Assembly (NCBI GenBank): GCA_963842525.1
Contig: CAWJGT010000020.1
Location: 1-64,000 of the forward strand
Direction: 5' to 3'
From: an uncultured Holophagales bacterium
GTDB taxonomy: Bacteria > Acidobacteriota > Thermoanaerobaculia > Multivoradales > UBA5704
Length of the DNA stretch: 64,000 nucleotides
Shown here: positions 30,901-42,357 of the stretch, one piece after another
Position numbering within the stretch: position 1 is the first letter of the stretch
Layout: each line of letters opens with the position of its first letter
Made by a program: the position numbers and the translations under genes
Notes under the pieces: generated by a model
Told to the model about the DNA's origin: nothing
The model's database searches: none
The model's input: the letters and a program-made list of their open reading frames with translations, nothing else

Positions 30901-33468
30901 TGGCTCCACCGTCTGACCGGCCACGACGATCTCGTCGTGGGGACGCCGATCGCCAACCGCACCCGCCCCGAGCTGGAGGGCTTGATCGGCTTCTTCGTCA
31001 ACACGCTGGCCCTCCGGACCGACCTCTCGGGCGCTCCGACGTTCCTCGATCTGGTCGGCCGCGTCCGCGAGGCGGCGCTCGGTGCCTATGCCCATCAGGA
31101 CCTCCCGTTCGAGCGGCTCGTCGAGGATCTGGCGCCGGAACGCTCCGCCGCGGGGGCTCCGCTGTTCCAGGTGATGCTCCTGCTGCACAACACCCCGCTC
31201 AAAACGCTGGAGCTGCCCGGCCTGCGCCTGAGTCCCTTCGATTTCGAGGCGAGCACGGCGAAGTTCGACCTCACTCTCTCGTTCCTCGAGAGCGAGGCGG
31301 GGCTCGAAGCCTTCCTGGAGGCCAGCAGCGACCTCTTCGACGAGCCCACTGCGGTCCGGATGCTCGGCCAGGTCCGCGAGCTGCTGGAAGGCGCGGCAGC
31401 CGGCCCCGGGCGCCGGCTCGAAGACCTGCCGCTCCTATCCGCGGCGGAGCAGGCCCAGCTCCTCGTCGAATGGAACGACACGGTGGCTTCAGAGCCGGCA
31501 GGGCGTGGGGTCCACGAGATCGTCGCCGCACGGGCACGGGAGAACCCGACCGCCACCGCGGTGGCCTGGGAGGGTGGGCGGCTGACATATGCCGAGCTGC
31601 ACGATCAGGCGGCGCGGCTCGCCCGCCATCTGGCGCGTCTGGGGGTCGGCCCCGAGGTGCTCGTGGGCGTCTGCCTCGACCGGTCTCCGGATCTGGTGAC
31701 GGCGGTGCTGGGGGTCCTCCTGGCGGGCGGCTCCTACGTGCCGCTCGATCCCAATGATCCGCCTGAACGCCGGGCCGCGTTGCTGGACCGGGTGGCGCCG
31801 GCGGTGCTGCTGACGCGGCGGAGCTTGTGGAAATGGGGACCTCACCCCCTGTCCCCCTCTCCCATCTCCCTTCCACCCCCCGCCGGGAGAGGGGGGACGC
31901 AGGCGGAGCCGTTTGGTGAGCTCGCCACAGAGGCATCAACGACGTCCCCCCTCTCCCGGGGCTGGGCGGGTGGGAGATGGGAGAGGGGGACAGGGGGTGA
32001 GGATCCGCCGTCTCCGCCACCGCTTGTGGTCTGGATGGACGATCAGCTCCCCGATAGGGAAGAAATCGAGCTGCGGCAGGCCGATCCTTCGAGCCTGGCC
32101 TACGTCATCCACACCTCGGGCTCAACCGGCGAGCCCAAGGGCGTCTGCATCGACCACGCCGGCCTCCTGCGGCTGGCGGCGTGGTACCGGCGGGCCTTCG
32201 ACCTGGGACCCGGGGACCGGTGCTCGCTGGCGGCGGCTCCCGTCTTCGACGCTTCGGTCCTGGAGATCTGGCCCTGCCTCACGGCCGGCGCGGCTCTCTG
32301 CATCCCCCCGGAGGAGGTCCGCCTCTCTCCCGGCCGTCTCGTGCGCTGGATGGCGGAGGAGCGGATCACCGTCTCGTTCCTTCCGACCCCGCTGGCCGAG
32401 GCGGTGCTGGCCGAAGATTTCGCGGGCCTCGGGCCATCTCTTCGGGTGCTCCAGACGGGCGGCGACCGGCTGCGGTGCCGGCCGCCCGCTGAGCTTCCGT
32501 TCCCGCTGGTGAACCTCTACGGACCGACCGAGGTGACGGTCGTCACCACCGGCGGCCGGGTGGAGGCGATCGGCCGGCCGGAGCTGCCGCCGATCGGCCG
32601 GCCGATCGGGCACACGGCTGTCCGTGTGCTGGACCCGGCCCTGCGGCCTCTGCCGATCGGCGCCGCGGGCGAGCTGTGGATCGGCGGCCCGCGGGTGGCC
32701 CGCGGCTACCTGGGCCGGCCGGATCTCACGGCCGAGCGCTTCCGGCCTGATCCCTGGGGCGAGCCCGGCTCCCGCATGTATGGCACCGGCGACCGGGTGC
32801 GCTGGCTGCCCGACGGCCGGCTGGAGTTCCTGGGCCGGCTCGACGCACAGGTGAAGATCCGCGGCGTCCGGCTGGAGCCCGGGGAGGTCGAGGCGGCGCT
32901 GCGGCAGCATCCGGGAGTACGGGACGCGGCGGTCGTGGCGCGCCAGGACGGCCGCGGCGGAGCTCGGCTGGTGGCGTTCGTCGTCCCCGCGGGGAAGGAG
33001 GATCTGCCCGCTGACTGGCGGACCTTCCTGCGGACGCGCCTGCCGGATCACGCCGTCCCCTCGGATTTCGTTCTCCTGGAGGCCCTGCCGGTCACGAGCT
33101 CCGGCAAGGTGGACTGTCGGGCCCTGGCGCGCTGGGAGCTCGGGCCGGACAGCGGTTCGGGCGCTCCGGAATACGTCGCGCCGGCCTCGCCGTTCGAAGA
33201 GTGGCTGGCGGATGCCTGTGCGACGCTGCTCGGCCGGGAGCGGGTGGGGATGCGGGACAATTTCTTCCATTTGGGCGGGCATTCCCTGCTGGCTGCCCAG
33301 CTCGTCGGCCGGTTGCGCGAGGAATGGCAGTTCGATGTGCGCCTCCAGACGGTCTTCGAGACGACAACCCTGGCTGAGCTGGCGGAGCGCATCCTCCAGC
33401 ACGAGTTGGATCAGGTCGACTCCGAGGCCTTGACGGCGATCCTGGAAGACCTCGGGAGCCTGGGGTAG
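27908..33468 (+). CDS. Hybrid PKS/NRPS gene A: KS-(no AT)-ACP-C-A-PCP (frameshift between 29728 and 29810)
   Basis: VQTACSTS, EAHGTGT, KTNIGHLD; FFDLGGDSL; HHIVCDAWS; YVIHTSGSTG, NLYGPTE, TGD, SGKVD; FFHLGGHSL. Confidence 0.9.
29335..29362. repeat. Intragenic REP-like element, family B (GCGGGCGRGACGCCCGCGGTCCCAGG), post-KS region of gene A
   Basis: Hairpin GCGGGCG-GGA-CGCCCGC; translated AGGTPAVPG; matches 35011 and the arms at 50262. Confidence 0.8.
29695..29805. repeat. Intragenic REP-like doublet, family C, KS-ACP linker of gene A
   Basis: 27-bp perfect outer arms CGCCCAGGGTTCACACCCTGGGCTACC/GGTAGCCCAGGGTGTGAACCCTGGGCG plus 13-bp inner arms CGCCCTCCGGGCT/AGCCCGGAGGGCG. Confidence 0.92.
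31840..32002. repeat. Intragenic REP-like doublet, family A (163 bp), A2-A3 region of the gene A A domain
   Basis: CCTCACCCCCTGTCCCCCTCTCCCATCTCCC...GGGAGATGGGAGAGGGGGACAGGGGGTGAGG; translated PHPLSPSPISLPPPAGRGG...GGRWERGTGGE. Confidence 0.92.
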
Positions 33469-33565
33469 GATTCGCTGGCTCCGGGGGGGTGAAGCTCCGG
33501 GGTTCCCGCCCGCGTTTGATCCCTTTGGGCTTCTTCGGGAAGATTCGCCGCACTTCATAGATGTC

Positions 33566-36500
33566 ATGAGCCAGCCGCACGACAAGGCCCCAGAAACCGC
33601 CGAAGGCATTGCCATCATCGGCATGGCTGGCCGTTTCCCGGGCGCGGCCGACCTCGACCGGTTCTGGCGCAACCTGCGGGATGGCATCGAGTCGATCTCC
33701 TTCCTCTCCCGGGAGGAGCTTTTGGCGGCCGGCGTGGAGCCGGTCCTGCTGGACGACCCCCGATTTGTTCCCGCCGGCGGCGTGCTGCCCGGCATCGAGC
33801 TGTTCGACGCTCCGTTCTTCGGCTTCGGCCCGCGCGAGGCCGAGATCATGGACCCGCAGCAGCGGGCGTTCCTCGAATGCTCCTGGGAAGCCCTGGAGTC
33901 GGCGGGCTACGACACGGACGGCTACAGGGGGTCGATTGGCATCTTCGGCGGCATGGGGATGAGCAGCTACCTGCTCCGGAATCTCATCTCGCATCCCGAC
34001 GTGCTGGCCGCCGCCGGGCCGCTCCAGATCCGCATCTTCAACGACAAGGACTTCCTTGTCTCGCTGGTCGCCTTCAAGATGGGGCTCACCGGGCCGAGCA
34101 TCAACGTCCAGACCGCCTGCTCGACGTCGCTGGTGGCGACCTGCCTGGCCTGCCAGGCGTTGCTCAACTTCCAGTGCGACATGGCCCTGGCGGGCGGGGT
34201 GACGATCGCGCTGCCCCAGGCGGGCCAGACGCCGATGGACGGGGTCTCTTCACCGGACGGCCACTGCCGGGCCTTCGACGCCAGGGCCGAGGGGACGGTA
34301 GGGGGGAGTGGTGCCGGGGTGGTGGTGCTCAAGCGCCTGGCCGACGCGATCGAGGACGGCGACACGATCCGGGCGGTCATCAAGGGCTTCGCCACGAACA
34401 ACGACGGCTCGCTCAAGGTGGGCTACACCGCCCCTGGAGTGGAGGGTCAGATCGAGGTGATCGCCATGGCCCAGGCGGTTGCGGGCATCCGGGGCGATTC
34501 GATCACCTACGTCGAAGCGCACGGGACCGGCACGCCGCTCGGGGACCCGATCGAGGTGGAGGCCCTGACGGAGGTCTTCCGATCGGCCACGGACCGGACA
34601 GGCTATTGCGGGTTGGGATCGGTCAAGACCAACATCGGCCACCTGGACACGGCGGCAGGCGTGGCGAGTCTGATCAAGACAGTGCTGGCCATGGAGCACG
34701 GTGTGATCCCGCCGAGCCTCGGCTTCGAGCGGCCCAACCCGCAGCTCGATCTGGTGAGATCGCCGTTCTACGTGCCGACCGCGGCGCGGGAGTGGCGGAC
34801 GGACGGCATTCCCCGGAGGGCCGGCGTGAGCTCGTTCGCCATCGGCGGGATCAACGCCCACCTGGTCCTGGAGGAGGCGCCCGCGCTGGTGCCCGCGCTG
34901 GTGCCTGCCGACCCGCCTCCGCCCTGGCATCTGCTGGTGCTGTCTGCACGGACGGAGACGGCTCTGGAGAGGGCGACTGAGAATCTGGTCCGGTATCTCC
35001 GGGAGCAGCCTGCGGGCGAGACGCCCGCGGTCCCAGGGGTGGCGGACGTGGCCTATACGCTCCAGGTGGGCCGAAGGGCATTTCGCCACCGCCGCATCCT
35101 GGTCTGCCGGGATCGGGAGGATGCGATCACGGCCCTGGAAGCACGGCGCTGGCTCGACGGAGCGGCCGAGCCCCGGGATGAGACGGTCCAGCCGGAACCG
35201 TTCACAGCGATGAGCGACCCGCGGATGGAGCTGACCGCCCTCGGCAAGCTCTGGCTCTCGGGAGCCCGCATCGACTGGTCCTCCCTCTGGGCCGGACAAA
35301 GACGCTGTCGCATCCCGCTGCCCACCTATCCTTTCGAACGCCAACGCTACTGGATCGATCCCGCGAGACCAGCGGCGGCAACGCCTGCGTCCCCCCTCTC
35401 CCGGGAGGCGGGGGGGCGATGGGAGAGGGGGACAGGGGGTGAGGCCCGCCCCCGCCCGCGCCTCCCGAACCCTTACGTCGAGCCCAGGGACGACCGCGAG
35501 CGGGCCGTAGCCGACGCCGTGCGTGACCTCCTGGGCCTCGATCGGGTCGGCCTTTACGACAGCTTCTTCGATCTGGGCGGCGACTCGCTGATGGCGACCC
35601 GCCTGGTGTCCCGCTTGAACGAGACCTTCGGGTGCGGCCTCACCCTGAAGGCGGTCTTCGAGGGTCCCGCGGCGGCCGACCTGGCGCTGCGCATCGAGGC
35701 GCGGGAGCCGGCCGCTTCGGTCCCTGAAGAGGCTCTGCCTGCGGGTCCCTCTCCGATCGAACGCCTGCCGCGGGACGAACGTTCCAGACATACCTTCCCG
35801 CTCTCCTTCGCCCAGCGGCGGCTCTGGTTCCTCGACCAGCTCGCCCCGGGAGACCCGTTCTACAACGTCCCGGCCGCGTCCGAGCTGCTCGGCCCGCTCG
35901 ACCCCGCGATCCTCGCCCGGTGCTTCGAAGAAATCGTCCGCCGCCATGAGACGCTGCGCACCACCTTCGGCGCGGCGGACGGCGAGCCCTTCCAGACAAT
36001 CGGTGATCCACGCCCCTGGATGCTGCCTCTGGTCGACCTCGGCGCATTGCCGGAAGAGGCCGGCCGGACCGAGTTGGAGAGACTGGTGCGCGACGAGGTG
36101 CGCAGGCCGTTCGATCTGGCGCGCGGGCCTCTCCTCCGGACACTCCTGCTCCGGCTGGAGCCCGACCGGCACGCCATCCTGATGACACTCCATCACATCG
36201 TCACCGATGGCTGGTCGAACACCGTGCTCCTGCGGGAGATGCTGGCCCTCTACGAAGCTTTTGCCGCGGGCCGGCCGTCACCTCTTCCCGCCCTGCCCGT
36301 CCAGTACGCCGACTTCGCGGTCTGGCAGCTTCGGCAGCTCGAAGAGGGCCTGCTGGCGGACCAGCTCGCCGCGTGGAAGGAAAACCTGGAAGGACTGCCG
36401 CCGGCCCTCGAGTTGCCGGCCGACAGGCCGCGTCCGGCCGTCCAGGGATTCGCGGGTGCCCAGGTTCCGGTCCGCATCGCGGCCGAGCTGACGGAGGCGC

Positions 36501-39500
36501 TGCGACGGCTGGGACGGGAGGAGGGCGCCACCCTCTTCATGACCCTGCTCGCCGCGCTGGACGTCCTGCTCTTCCGCCATACCGGGCAGGAGGACTTCGC
36601 GGTCGGCGTCCCCGTGGCCAACCGCACCCGGACCGAGGTCGAAGGGTTGATCGGCTTCTTCACCAACACGCTGGTGCTACGCGCGCGGCCCGACGCCGCC
36701 GCGAGCTTCCGCGAGCTGCTGCGTCAGGCCCGGGACACCGTTCGAGAGGCCCTGCAACGGCAGGATCTCCCGTTTGAGAAGCTCGTCGAAGAGGTCCAGC
36801 CGCAGCGCGACCTCTCCCGGTCCCCCCTCTTTCAGGTGATGCTCGTGAGCACCCCGCTGGACGAGACGAAGCTCCCCGACCAGGTGCGGCGCCTCGGCAT
36901 CGATCCCGGGGTCGCCCGGTTCGACCTGCTCTTCGACCTGAGCGAGAGCGGACGCGGGCTCTCCGGCTTCCTGGAATTCAACAGCGACCTCTTCGACGCC
37001 GCGACCGCCCGGCGTCTGGTGGAGAGGCTGGAGGTGGTGTTGGCAGGGGTTGCGGACGATCCGGACCGGAGAGTGGGGGAGCTGCCTCTGATGTCAGAGG
37101 AGGAGTGGAGCGCGGCGGTGGCCCCTCACCCCCCGACCCCCTCTCCCATCGCCCCCCCTGCCCCCGGGAGAGGGGGAGACCTGCTTGTTCATGATCTCGT
37201 CCAGGCCCAAGCCGCGCGGACGCCCGACGCTCCGGCGGTGATCGGGCTCGACGGCGACGAGGTCACCTATCGCGACCTGGTGCAGCGGGCGAACCGGCTC
37301 GCGGGGCACCTGCGCCGGCTGGGCGTCGGGCCGGAGGAGCGGGTGGCGTTGAGCCTTGAACGCTCCCCCGAAGCGCTGGTGGCGGTCCTTGCCGTCCTGA
37401 AGGCCGGTGGGGCCTATGTGCCGATCGACCCTTCCTATCCCGAGGAGCGGCGGCGGTTCATGCGGGAGGACTCCGGTGCCGCCGTGCTGCTGGATGGGGA
37501 GTTGCTCCGTGCGCTGGAAGCGGCAGGAGATATCCCGTTGCCGCCGAGAATGGAGGTAGATCCGGACAATCCGGCCTACGTGCTCTACACGTCGGGCTCG
37601 ACCGGCTGGCCCAAGGGGGTCACCATGCCTCATGGTGCGCTGGCCAACCTGATCTCCTGGCACGTGGCGCACCTTCCTGGGCAGCGGCGGACGCTACAGC
37701 TCGCGTCGCTGAGCTTCGACGTCTCGTTCCAGGAGATCTTTGCCACCTGGGCCGCGGGCGGCGCGCTGGTGCTGGTCTCGGAGGACGAGCGGCGCGACCC
37801 GGCGGCGTTGCTCGCCCTGCTCAGGAAACGCGCGGTGGAGCGGCTTTTCCTTCCTTTTGTCGCCCTCCAGCAGCTCGCCGAGGCGGCCGGAGAAGAAGAG
37901 CGCCTGTCCACATCCCTCCGCGAGGTGATCACGGCGGGCGAGCAGCTCCGGATCACTCCGGCTGTCGCCGCTCTGTTCCGCCGCTTACCGGGAGCGCACC
38001 TCTACAACCACTACGGTCCGACCGAGGCGCATGTCGTCACCGCCTATCCGCTCCAGGGTGATCCCGCGGACTGGCCGCCTCTGCCGCCCATCGGCCGGGC
38101 GATCCCCGGGACGCGTGTCCTCGTGCAAGACCCGGCCGGCGGGCCAGCCCCGCCCGGGGTCGCCGGCGAGCTGTTCCTCGGCGGCGTCTGCCTGGCGCGG
38201 GGCTATCTCGGCCGGCCGGATCTGACGGCCGAGCGGTTCGTCCCCGATCCGTTCGCGGGCTTCCGAGGCGAGCCGGGCGCCCGGCTCTATCGCACCGGCG
38301 ATCGGGCACGCCGGCGGACCGACGGAGTCCTCGAGTACCTGGGCCGGCTCGACAAGCAGGTCAAGGTCCGCGGCTACCGGATCGAGCCTGGGCGAGGTCG
38401 AGGCCGCGCTGGCCGCGTGCCCAGGTGTGGCCGAGGCCGTCGTAGGCGTGCGCGAGGTGGGGGAGGGAGACCGCCGCCTGGTCGCCTGGCTGGTGCCGAA
38501 GCCGGAGAGCGCGCTGGACGCCGCCGGCCTCCGTGCGCTCCTGGCCGCCCGCCTGCCCGAGCACGAGGTCCCCTCGGCGTTCGTCTTCGTGGACGCGCTG
38601 CCGCTTACGCCGAGCGGCAAGGTGGACCGCCGCCGGCTGGCGAGCCTCGCTCCCGATCCGGCCAGGGCCGAGCCGGAGGCGGAAGGCGCGGTCCCGCGCA
38701 CGCCGGCCGAGGAGATGCTCGCCAGGCTCTTCGCCGAGGTGCTCGGCCTGCCGCGGGTGGGGATCCGCGACGATTTCTTCGCCCTGGGCGGACACTCGCT
38801 CCTCGCCACCCGGCTCGTTGCGCGGGTGCGGACCGCTTTCGGCGTGGATCTCCCCGTGCGGGCACTGTTCGAGGCGCCCACCGTGGCGGCTCTGGCGGCG
38901 CGGATCGAGTCGCTCCGCCGGCACGACCAGGGGATCTCTGCGCCGCCACTGGCCCGCATCGATCGCACAGGGCCGCTCCCGCTGTCCTTCGCGCAGGAGA
39001 GGATCTGGTTTCTGGAGCAGCTCCAGCCGGGCACGCCGATCTGGAACCTGCCCATCGCCGTGGACCTGCGCGGAGCGCTCCGGCAAGAGGTCCTCGCCGC
39101 CATCCTCGGCGAAGTCGTCCGCCGGCACGAGGCGCTCCGGACCACCTTCCGGACGCTCGCCGGAAAACCTGTCCAGGAGGTCCGGCCCGCCTCTCCCATC
39201 GCTCTGCCGTTCGTGGACCTCGGGAGCCTGTCCGAGGAGGACCGTTACAGCGAGGCAGAGCGTCTCGCCGTTCTCTGGTCCCGCGAGCCGTTCGATCTCC
39301 AGAGCGGGCCGCTGCTCAGGGCGGCACTGCTGCGGCTCGGAGCGGAGCACCACCGGCTCGTGCTGGCGATGCACCACATCGCCGCGGACGGCTGGTCGCT
39401 GGGCGTCCTGGTCCGGGAGATCTCGATGCTCTATTCGCTCCTTGCCGCGGTCCCGGCCCCTCACCCCCGGCCCCTCTCCCATCCGCACTCCCCGACCCCC

Positions 39501-42357
39501 GGGAGAGGGGAGTCGCGAGAGTCAGATGCTCCAGCGCTTGCGGATGTCCTCCCCCCTCTCCCGGGGGGCTGGGAGTGCGGATGGGAGAGGGGGGCCGGGG
39601 GGGTGAGGGACTTTGCCTTGCCCGAGCTGCCGGTCCAGTACGGGGACTTCGCGGTCTGGCAGCGGGAGTGGCTGCGCGGCGAGGTCCTCGATCGCCTGCT
39701 CGCAGCGTGGCGCGAAAGGCTCGTGGGGGCGCCGCCGGCCATCGAGCTGCCGACCGACCGGCCGCGCCCGCCCGTCCAGGGCACCCGCGGCGGTAACGCG
39801 CTCGTCCGCCTCGGCCAAGAGACCTCCGCCGCCCTGGCCGCCCTCGCGCGGGCGGAAGGGGCGACCCCGTTCATGGTCCTCCTCGCCGCCTTCCAGGCTC
39901 TGCTCCAGCGCCTCGGCGGGCAGGACGACCTCGTGGTCGGCACACCGGTCGCCGGGCGCGGCCGGGAGGAGCTGGAGGGGCTGATCGGCGTCTTCATCAA
40001 CGCCCTTCCCCTGCGCACCGACCTGTCGGGCCGGCCATCCTTCCGCGAGCTGCTGCGGCGGGTCCGCGAAACGGCGCTCGACGCCTATGCCCTCCAGGAC
40101 CTCCCGTTCGAGAAGCTCGTCGAGGAGCTGCACCCGGTGCGTGACCTCTCCCGGGCCCCGATCTTCCAGACCATGCTCATCCTGCAGAACGCGCCCCTGG
40201 GGCCGCTGGAGCTGCCCGGGCTCGCTCTCGAGACCCAGCCGGTCGACAACGGCACCGCCAAATACGAGATGCTTCTCTCGCTGGCCGAAGAGCGGGAAGA
40301 GGTAGCCGGCACCCTCGAATACAGCGCCGACCTCTTTGACTACGCCACGGCCGAGCGCCTAGCCCGCTATTTCGGTACCCTGCTGGGCGAGGCGATTGCC
40401 GATCCTGTCCGCCCGGTCCTCCGCCTGCCGCTCCTGTCCACGGTGGAGCGCGAGCAGCTCCTGGCCGACTGGTCTCTCGGCCCGACTCTGGAGCCGTCCA
40501 GCGCCTGCCTGCACGAGCTGTTCGAGGCGCGGGCGGATGCTGCGCCGGGGTCGGTGGCGCTCTCCTGGGCCGGCCGGGACGTGACCTGCGGCGAGCTGGA
40601 CGCCCGGGCCAATCAGCTTGCGCGCCACCTGCGGGAGCTGGGCGTCGGACCGGAGGTGCGTGTGGGCATCTGCCTGGAGCGCTCTCCCGAGATGGTCGTG
40701 ACCATCCTGGCGGTCCTCAAGGCGGGAGGAGCGTACGTGCCGATGGAGCCAGGTCATCCTGCCGCACGGCTGGTTCTGATGGTGGAGGACACGGCCATGC
40801 CGGTGCTCCTCGCCCGCCGCGGGCTGGCCGCCTCGCTGTCGGTGACCGGCGACAGGGGCGTCCGGGTCGTCGATCTGGAGGAGGACCGACAAACGATCGA
40901 GAGCCGGCCGGCGTCCCGTCTTGCTCCTCTGGCAACGCCCGGGAAATCTGGCCTTACGTCCTCTACACCTCGGGCTCCACCGGTGTGCCCAAGGGGGTGG
41001 CGATCGCGCACCGGAGCGCGGCAGCCCTCGTGCGCTGGGCCCGCAGCGCGTTCCAGCCGGACGAGCTGGCCGCGGTGCTCGCCTCGACCTCGATCACGTT
41101 CAACCTCTCGGTCTTCGAGCTGTTCGCGCCGCTCGCCGCCGGAGGGCGGGTCGTGCTGGTCGAGAACGCCCTTCGGCTTGCGGAGCTGTCTGGAGCCGAG
41201 GGGGTAACTCTGGTGAATACCGTACCGTCCGCCATGACCGAGCTGGTGCGTATGCGGGCCGTTCCAGCCGCGGTGCGGGCGGTGGCTCTTGCCGGAGAGC
41301 CGCTGCGGCGGCGTCTGGCCGCGGACCTCCACGAGCTTGGCGTGGCGCGGGTCCTCAACCTCTACGGCCCCTCGGAGGCCACCACCTACTCGACCTTCGC
41401 CGAGGTCGGGCCGGGAGACGCGGCGGAGCCGTCCATCGGCCGGCCGATCGCCGGCACCCGGGCCTACCTGCTGGACCGGGAGCTGGAGCCGGTGCCGGTC
41501 GGAGTGCCGGCCCAGATCTGCCTGGCCGGCGAGGGCCTGGCCCGCGGCTATCTGGGCCGGCCGGACCTCACCGCGGAGCGCTTCCTGCCCGATCCATTCT
41601 CTGGGGAAGCGGGAGGCCGGCTCTACCGGACGGGCGACCTGGCGCGCTGGCGGCCGGACGGCGATATCGAATTCCTGGGGCGCTTCGACCACCAGGTGAA
41701 GGTGCGCGGGTTCCGCATCGAGCTGGGCGAGATCGAGGCGGCGCTCGTTCGCGAGCCGGAGGTCGCCGAGGCTGCTGTGGTCGTGCAGGAAGATGCGGGA
41801 GGCCGGCGGCTGGTGGCCTGCCTCGTCCCCGCGTCCGGGGCCGAGGATCTGGACCTTGGCCGGCTGCGCAGCGCCCTGCGGACCCGTCTGCCGGAGCCCA
41901 TGGTGCCCGCGGCCTTCGCCGTGCTTCCTGCACTGCCCCTCACTCCCAACGGCAAGATCGACCGCCGTGCCCTCGCTGGACTGGCCGAGACGTCCGCGGC
42001 CCCCGCCCGGTCGACCGCGAGGGAGCCGGAGGCTCCGAGGACGAGCTCGAAACCTGGCTGGTCGAGGTCTGCGCCGATCTTCTCAACATCGAGCAGGTGG
42101 GAATCCACGACAACTTCTTCGACCTCGGGGGGCATTCGCTCCTGGCCATGCAGCTCGTCGGCCGCCTGCGGGAGGAGTGGGGCATCGCCCTGCCGCTCCA
42201 GGCGGTGTTCAACGCGCCCGACCTTGCGAGCCTGGCCGACCGGATCGCCGAGGTCGAGCTGCTCTCGGCGGACGACGACGAGCTGGCGGAGATGCTCTCG
42301 GAGCTCGAAGGCCTCTCGCCCGAGGATCTGAAAGTCCTTCTCGCGGGAAAGGGATGA
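33566..42357 (+). CDS. Hybrid PKS/NRPS gene B: KS-(no AT)-ACP-C-A(Pro)-PCP-C-A(Ala-like)-PCP (frameshifts near 38390, 40945, 42035)
   Basis: KS-ACP near-duplicate of gene A; HHIVTDGWS and HHIAADGWS; hand-read A codes DVQFIAHVVK and NLFNAALTYK; acidic C-terminal docking-like tail. Confidence 0.9.
35011..35038. repeat. Intragenic REP-like element, family B, post-KS region of gene B
   Basis: TGCGGGCGAGACGCCCGCGGTCCCAGGG; translated AGETPAVPG; same site as 29335. Confidence 0.8.
35390..35444. repeat. Intragenic REP-like element, family A, KS-ACP linker of gene B
   Basis: TCCCCCCTCTCCC..GATGGGAGAGGGGGACAGGGGGTGAGG; translated SPLSREAGGRWERGTGGE. Confidence 0.9.
37122..37177. repeat. Intragenic REP-like element, family A, C-A linker of gene B
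   Basis: CCCCTCACCCCCCGACCCCCTCTCCCATC..CGGGAGAGGGGG; translated PHPPTPSPIAPPAPGRGG. Confidence 0.9.
39457..39609. repeat. Intragenic REP-like doublet, family A, C domain loop after HHIAADG
   Basis: Inverted arms CCCCTCACCCCCGGCCCCTCTCCCATCCGCACTC / GAGTGCGGATGGGAGAGGGGGGCCGGGGGGGTGAGGG; read in frame. Confidence 0.92.
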
